Source: Synechococcus sp. | GTDB taxonomy: Bacteria; Cyanobacteriota; Cyanobacteriia; PCC-6307; Cyanobiaceae | NCBI GenBank assembly: GCA_047284725.1 | Contig: JBJBEO010000001.1 | Location: forward strand, 1,464,203 to 1,528,202 | Direction: 5' to 3' | DNA: 64,000 nucleotides | In this document: positions 60,167 through 64,000 of the stretch, one piece after another | Numbering within the stretch: position 1 is the first letter of the stretch | Layout: every line of letters starts with the position of its first letter | The notes under the pieces: generated by a model | What the model saw: the letters and a program-made list of their open reading frames with translations, nothing else | Told to the model about the DNA's origin: nothing | Database searches by the model: none | Program-made: the position numbers and the translations under genes

Positions 60167-61080
60167 GGCTGCTGACCCGGCGGATTCAGACCCTGGCGAA
60201 TGAGTCTCACATTGTGGCGCTGCAGCTCAAGCAGGGTGGAGGCCGGACCGTTGTGATCCGAAAGAGAGTCCACATAGAACGTGCCGCCAAAGGCAGCACC
60301 AGCAGCGGAGGCCACCTGGCGCTGCACCTTGTCGCTGACGGTGCTTTCGCAGAACACGGCAGGCACCCCCGACTGCTTCACCGTTTCAATCAAGCGGGCC
60401 ATGCGCTTCGGCGTGGCCTGGCTCTCCGCATTCACTGGCCAGAGGTAAGCCTCTTGAAGGCCGTAATCCTTCGCCAGGTAGGTGAACGCTCCCTCACAGC
60501 TCACCAGCAACCGCTGCCGAGGTGGAATGGTGGAGAGAGACTCTCTGAGCTCCTGATCCAGCTGCTGCAACTGCTGCTGATAGGCCTTGGCATTACGGCG
60601 ATAGGTCGGAGCCCCATCGGGATCCAGGGTGATGAAAGCCTCGACAATTCGATCCACATAGGCCTGAGCCCGCTTGGGAGACATCCAGGCGTGGGGATTA
60701 GGGCGGCCGGCGTAGGCATCCCCTTCAATCAACAGCGGTTCCATTCCCTCCGTGAGGGTGACCGTGGGCACATCTCCTGCTGCTGCGGTGAAACGCCGAG
60801 CCCAAAGCTCAAGGCCCAAACCATTTTCAAGAATCAACTGGGCTGAAGTCGCCTGCTCCAGATCGCTGGGCGTGGGTTCATAGCCATGGATTTCCGCTCC
60901 CTGTTTGGTGATCGATTTCACCCGTAGACGATCTCCCGCAACGTTGGAGGCCATATCGGCCAACACGGTGAAAGTGGTCAACACCAGTGGGCGGGAATCC
61001 TGAAGTCGCTCGCGCTCCGTCAGAGGAGCCCTGCAAGCGTTGAGGGCAATCGCCACAACCAAACCCGCCACTGGCGGCAT
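60163..61080 (-). CDS. Mn/Zn/Fe ABC substrate-binding lipoprotein (MntC/PsaA-like)
   Basis: Lipobox LNAC; ligands EIH, NPHAW, CEGAF, DSL (His/His/Glu/Asp, Mn/Fe type); start uncertain. Confidence 0.88.
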   Translation of the reverse strand: MPPVAGLVVAIALNACRAPLTERERLQDSRPLVLTTFTVLADMASNVAGDRLRVKSITKQGAEIHGYEPTPSDLEQATSAQLILENGLGLELWARRFTAAAGDVPTVTLTEGMEPLLIEGDAYAGRPNPHAWMSPKRAQAYVDRIVEAFITLDPDGAPTYRRNAKAYQQQLQQLDQELRESLSTIPPRQRLLVSCEGAFTYLAKDYGLQEAYLWPVNAESQATPKRMARLIETVKQSGVPAVFCESTVSDKVQRQVASAAGAAFGGTFYVDSLSDHNGPASTLLELQRHNVRLIRQGLNPPGQQP

Positions 61081-61219
61081 CCAACGGGATCGATACAGGG
61101 AGAAAACGAGATCAGAGGCGACCGAAGTCAGCCTAAAAGATCCAAAACAGCACACCCCAAAACGCAACCACGACCGCCAGGAGACCACTGTGGATCCGGC
61201 CGCAGAACCGTCACCCTCC

Positions 61220-61238
61220 AACTGGCACAGTGCCAGTT
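61220..61238. promoter_or_regulatory. Perfect 9-1-9 palindrome upstream of Yfr2 (candidate GntR-type operator)
   Basis: AACTGGCAC-A-GTGCCAGTT ends 17 nt before the Yfr2 5' motif. Confidence 0.65.
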
Positions 61239-61255
61239 CAGGCATCATGTTGATT

Positions 61256-61349
61256 GTGTGAGGAGATTCTCAGAGAACGGAGTCGAAACAAGGTCAGACG
61301 CCCGTTCTGTGATCACCACCCGGCTCCGCCTTCGGCGGAGCTTTTTTTT
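61256..61349 (+). ncRNA. yfr2: Yfr2-family small RNA
   Basis: 5' GTGTGAGGAG motif; hairpin CAGAGAACGG-AGTC-[GAAACAAGGTCA]-GAC-GC-CCGTTCTGTG with the 12-nt GAAAC loop; followed by an intrinsic terminator with no plus-strand CDS upstream. Confidence 0.85.
61323..61349 (+). terminator. Rho-independent terminator of Yfr2
   Basis: GCTCCGCC-ttc-GGCGGAGC followed by T8. Confidence 0.88.
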
Positions 61350-61400
61350 GACAACCGACGGTGCGTAAGCCACCGACCCCATCCCCTCTCAACGCCTCGA

Positions 61401-61436
61401 GACCAGTCCCCCACCAGATGTGGTGGGGGACTGGTC
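61401..61436. repeat. Perfect 16-bp inverted repeat
   Basis: GACCAGTCCCCCACCA-gatg-TGGTGGGGGACTGGTC; no T tract on either side. Confidence 0.85.
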
Positions 61437-61839
61437 CGACGTCGTTTTAATCGTGATCGAGCGGCATTGAACGATGCCGCCATCAGCCTGATCACTCCAT
61501 ATCTGGTACTTGCGCAACCTCATACACAAGGCCTATTGGTAGGCGAGGCCGGGTGATGGGGATCACTGGCGGCCCTGGTCAAGTCCCATCCACTGGGCTG
61601 GGGCTTCGCCACCAAAACACAGGGCACAGGCTCTACCCGAGCTTGAAGTGCTTGCGTTGACGGCGACAGCGTTCTGAGCAGTAGCGAACCTCGTCCCACA
61701 CCTCTCTCCATTTCCGCCGCCACTGGAAAGGACGCCCACACACCGGGCAGACTTTGGTGGGACGCTCACTCGGACCGGGCATGCAGACCCTCTGCCTTCT
61801 CAAACCCACGCAAGCACAACGTCACTCTGTCGGCGCCTG

Positions 61840-62337
61840 ATGGATCAGGCACCGATCCAAGCGCTTGTGAAGCAATGTGCAGCAGGCCTGTTTGATCTGG
61901 CCTGTGCGGTGAGCGGCCACCCTGAATGGGACCTCAGCCTTCCCGTTGGAGTGATCGATGCGCGTCACCAGAAGCCGAGGCTGACGGTCACGCCGATCGG
62001 CACGATCAACTCAGTGCTGCGGGCCTCTGCAACCATCGGCACGCCCCTGATGCGTCGCTTTTTTGAGCGCTTCAACAGCATCGGACTGGAACAGGCCCAG
62101 GCTGAGCTGCGCAGCGGTGCTGATGCCGAAGCTTTTGCCGAACTGTGGGATGCCTATCGAGAGGAACGACAAAGTGGCGGGCAAGCCATGTGGAGCATTG
62201 AAGATGCCACGGCCTTCGTCATGCACAGCCGCTGCAGTCACAGCGATCGAGAAGTCGCCTGCGTTGCCATCTTGCCGGGCGACCCTCACGCGATCGTGAC
62301 ATTCAGCGTGCCCATTCGTTTTCTGACCTCACCATGA
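61840..62337 (+). CDS. Hypothetical protein
   Basis: 165-aa ATG ORF with host-like codon usage, convergent with the SRAP gene. Confidence 0.65.
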   Translation: MDQAPIQALVKQCAAGLFDLACAVSGHPEWDLSLPVGVIDARHQKPRLTVTPIGTINSVLRASATIGTPLMRRFFERFNSIGLEQAQAELRSGADAEAFAELWDAYREERQSGGQAMWSIEDATAFVMHSRCSHSDREVACVAILPGDPHAIVTFSVPIRFLTSP

Positions 62338-62344
62338 GGCGAGA

Positions 62345-63001
62345 TCAAAACAAAGATCCCTGTTGCGTCCAGTGCTGATCAGCATCGCGCCGTCCATCTG
62401 TCGCCACTGCGTCATGCAACCATCCTTCACAGGACCAGGGCAACATCAATGGTTCAAGCGATCGCAGGGCATCGCCGTGGGCTGGCGCGAGCCAAGCCTG
62501 CTCCAGGCCGCTCGGAATGATCACAGGCATGCGTGGATGAAAGGGCTTGACCAAAGCATTGGGCGTCGTGGTGAGCACCGTGCAGGTTTCCAGCTCGCTG
62601 CCATCGGCACCCAACCATCGTTCCCAGACTCCGGCCAACCAAAAGACACTGCCATCACTGCGCTGAAAGCGACGACGCTTCTCGAAAAAAGCGGTAGCCG
62701 GAATCAAGCAGCGGCGATGCCGCCAAGCACCGCGAAAACTGGCCTTTTCGCCGACGGTTTCCGAACGGGCATTGATGGAGCGATGGGCCCTCACTGGATC
62801 CTTGACCCAGGCTGGCAGCAAGCCCCAGAGCATCAAGGCTGCCTTCAACTCCCCCTCCTCCTGAACCAACGCCAGCAGCGGCTCAGACGGGCGTACCCAT
62901 TCTCTGGGTCGGTAATACCTGCGATGGTCGGCAGGCAACAAGGCCCGCAACGGCTGAGGCAACGCGCCTGCCTCACAACTCAGCGAAAAACGACCACACA
63001 T
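62345..63001 (-). CDS. SOS response-associated peptidase (SRAP/HMCES, YedK-like)
   Basis: MCGRF N-terminus (catalytic Cys2), WGL, INARSET, RCLIPA, HPRMPV. Confidence 0.9.
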   Translation of the reverse strand: MCGRFSLSCEAGALPQPLRALLPADHRRYYRPREWVRPSEPLLALVQEEGELKAALMLWGLLPAWVKDPVRAHRSINARSETVGEKASFRGAWRHRRCLIPATAFFEKRRRFQRSDGSVFWLAGVWERWLGADGSELETCTVLTTTPNALVKPFHPRMPVIIPSGLEQAWLAPAHGDALRSLEPLMLPWSCEGWLHDAVATDGRRDADQHWTQQGSLF

Positions 63002-63064
63002 GCAACTTGCGACAGCGCACTCAAGGATGGCCGAACCAGGCACCACCGATCAATCGCCGATTCA

Positions 63065-63094
63065 GTAGCAACTGCTACAGAAATGGGGTATACT
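63065..63094 (+). promoter_or_regulatory. NtcA site in a repressing position plus -10 box
   Basis: GTA-gcaactgc-TAC (63065-63078) only 10 nt before TATACT (63089-63094). Confidence 0.8.
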
Positions 63095-63101
63095 ACGAAG
63101 A

Positions 63102-63156
63102 CGTTGAGCCCTCTCAGGGCTGCAGTTCGTTCCACGCCAAGCAACGGGGGCGTGGG
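63102..63156 (+). promoter_or_regulatory. Glutamine-II (Downstream-peptide) riboswitch
   Basis: CGTTG-A-GCCCTctcAGGGC-TGCAGT...CCACGCC-AAG-CAACG-GG-GGCGTGG: P1, P2 and pseudoknot match the Downstream-peptide motif. Confidence 0.88.
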
Positions 63157-63174
63157 CACTGTGGAGTTCAAGCC

Positions 63175-63351
63175 ATGAACACCCTCGAAATCACCCGCAA
63201 TCGCCTTCGTAAGCAGAGCGCTTTGAAGCAGGCCCAGCGCCTAATGGCAAAGGCCTATCGCGGTGTCGAATACATCGATGCTCATCACACGGCTCTGAAG
63301 CCAGAGAAAAAAACAGAGCTCCGCTACCGCGGCATCCGCTACAGCATCTGA
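63175..63351 (+). CDS. Small basic DUF4278-like protein
   Basis: GGAG SD; MNTLEITRNRLRKQ...AYRGVEY...LRYRGIRY with two YRG repeats. Confidence 0.8.
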   Translation: MNTLEITRNRLRKQSALKQAQRLMAKAYRGVEYIDAHHTALKPEKKTELRYRGIRYSI

Positions 63352-63375
63352 GCCCAACTCACCCATCCATCAGAC

Positions 63376-63399
63376 GCCCCCATTACTGGGGGCTTTTTT
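63376..63399 (+). terminator. Rho-independent terminator
   Basis: GCCCCCA-ttac-TGGGGGC followed by T6. Confidence 0.8.
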
Positions 63400-63595
63400 G
63401 TGACCAACCCCGCTCAGCCTGTACGAACGCCCACCAAGCCAACGTCGCACTGAGTCCACCAAGCCAGTCGGAGCGAAGCAATTCAACAAGCGCGATGGTG
63501 CTGGCCGCAATCCTCAGCGCCGACAAACCGAATGGAGCCCATCGCTTCCAAGCCAGATCAGCGTCTTGACCGATGGAGCGTGATTCACCAGACAT
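63383..63595 (-). CDS. Small membrane protein
   Basis: Two hydrophobic Trp-rich helices; ATG 63595. Confidence 0.5.
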   Translation of the reverse strand: MSGESRSIGQDADLAWKRWAPFGLSALRIAASTIALVELLRSDWLGGLSATLAWWAFVQAERGWSQKSPQ

Positions 63596-63915
63596 CAGCG
63601 GTCTGCATAAGCCAAGCACTCCGCCATCTCGAGCTCGCGCAAGTCTTCAGCAAGCATCAACAACGCCATTGCTCAAACACAGACTGCCACTGACGTCAGT
63701 ATCTCCATGGGACTGCAGCGTGCGTACTGCCTGCCAATGCTGCGCCCAGGTCAACCGCATTGAGGATGCCCAAATAATTCCTGCCTGCATGCAATGGGCG
63801 GACATCGAGGCTGCGGAAACATTTCGAAACACTGACACGATCCCTCCCCGGTGAGCATCGCTACACCGGCGGCTGTTCATCGGGATACCTTCCAGATCGA
63901 AGCATGGAGTCTGCG

Positions 63916-64000
63916 ATGACACCTGGAATTGAGCTCAGCACCGAACAGCGCTTCCACCTGGAACAAGCCAATCGCGCGCTCGATGCCACCAGCGACCCAG
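63916..64000 (+). CDS. NblA-like protein, 5' part only
   Basis: GGAG SD, MTPGIELSTEQRFHLEQANRALDATSDP...; LSxEQxF is the NblA helix-1 signature; truncated by the window end. Confidence 0.55.
   Translation, partial: MTPGIELSTEQRFHLEQANRALDATSDP

Noticed and set aside
61259..61272. TGAGGAGATTCTCA as a Zur box for the metal ABC operon
   Set aside because: Spacing does not fit the 7-1-7 box, and the sequence is explained by the Yfr2 5' motif.
1..64000. HIP1 (GCGATCGC) enrichment, tRNA/rRNA genes, prophage
   Set aside because: Only scattered HIP1 copies were noticed and enrichment was not computed; no tRNA, rRNA or phage hallmark genes were recognised.

Overview
A 64-kb chromosomal segment of a picocyanobacterium (Synechococcus/Cyanobium-like, judged from gene content and cyanobacteria-specific RNAs), rich in accessory metal, redox and signalling genes. 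From left to right: an AT-rich solute-binding lipoprotein plus membrane diguanylate cyclase pair; a CzcA/CusA-type RND pump with a reduced adaptor; a PfkB kinase plus PRTase-like pair; a frameshifted Crp regulator; an arsR/gap/arsJ arsenate module with its operator; a frameshifted, truncated P-loop (CobW-like) remnant behind a Fur/Zur-like box; a thioredoxin-ccdA-ECF sigma-anti-sigma operon; a ThDP alpha-keto-acid decarboxylase; an atypical cytochrome P450; a GS-like ligase divergent from a Na+/solute symporter; a CHASE-PAS-PAS-GGDEF*-EAL protein; ppsA; a complete contiguous hoxEFUYHW-hypABFCDE operon; a P-type ATPase; rsmE; and petJ. Next come two cobalamin riboswitches sharing an identical 117-bp core, controlling hupE/ureJ and a small His-rich DUF3721-like secreted protein; a Mn/Zn ABC transporter; a Yfr2 sRNA; an SRAP gene; an NtcA-site plus glutamine-II riboswitch controlled small protein; and the start of an NblA-like gene. 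No tRNA, rRNA, CRISPR array or IS element was recognised. Family assignments come from motif recognition by eye and were not searched against databases.
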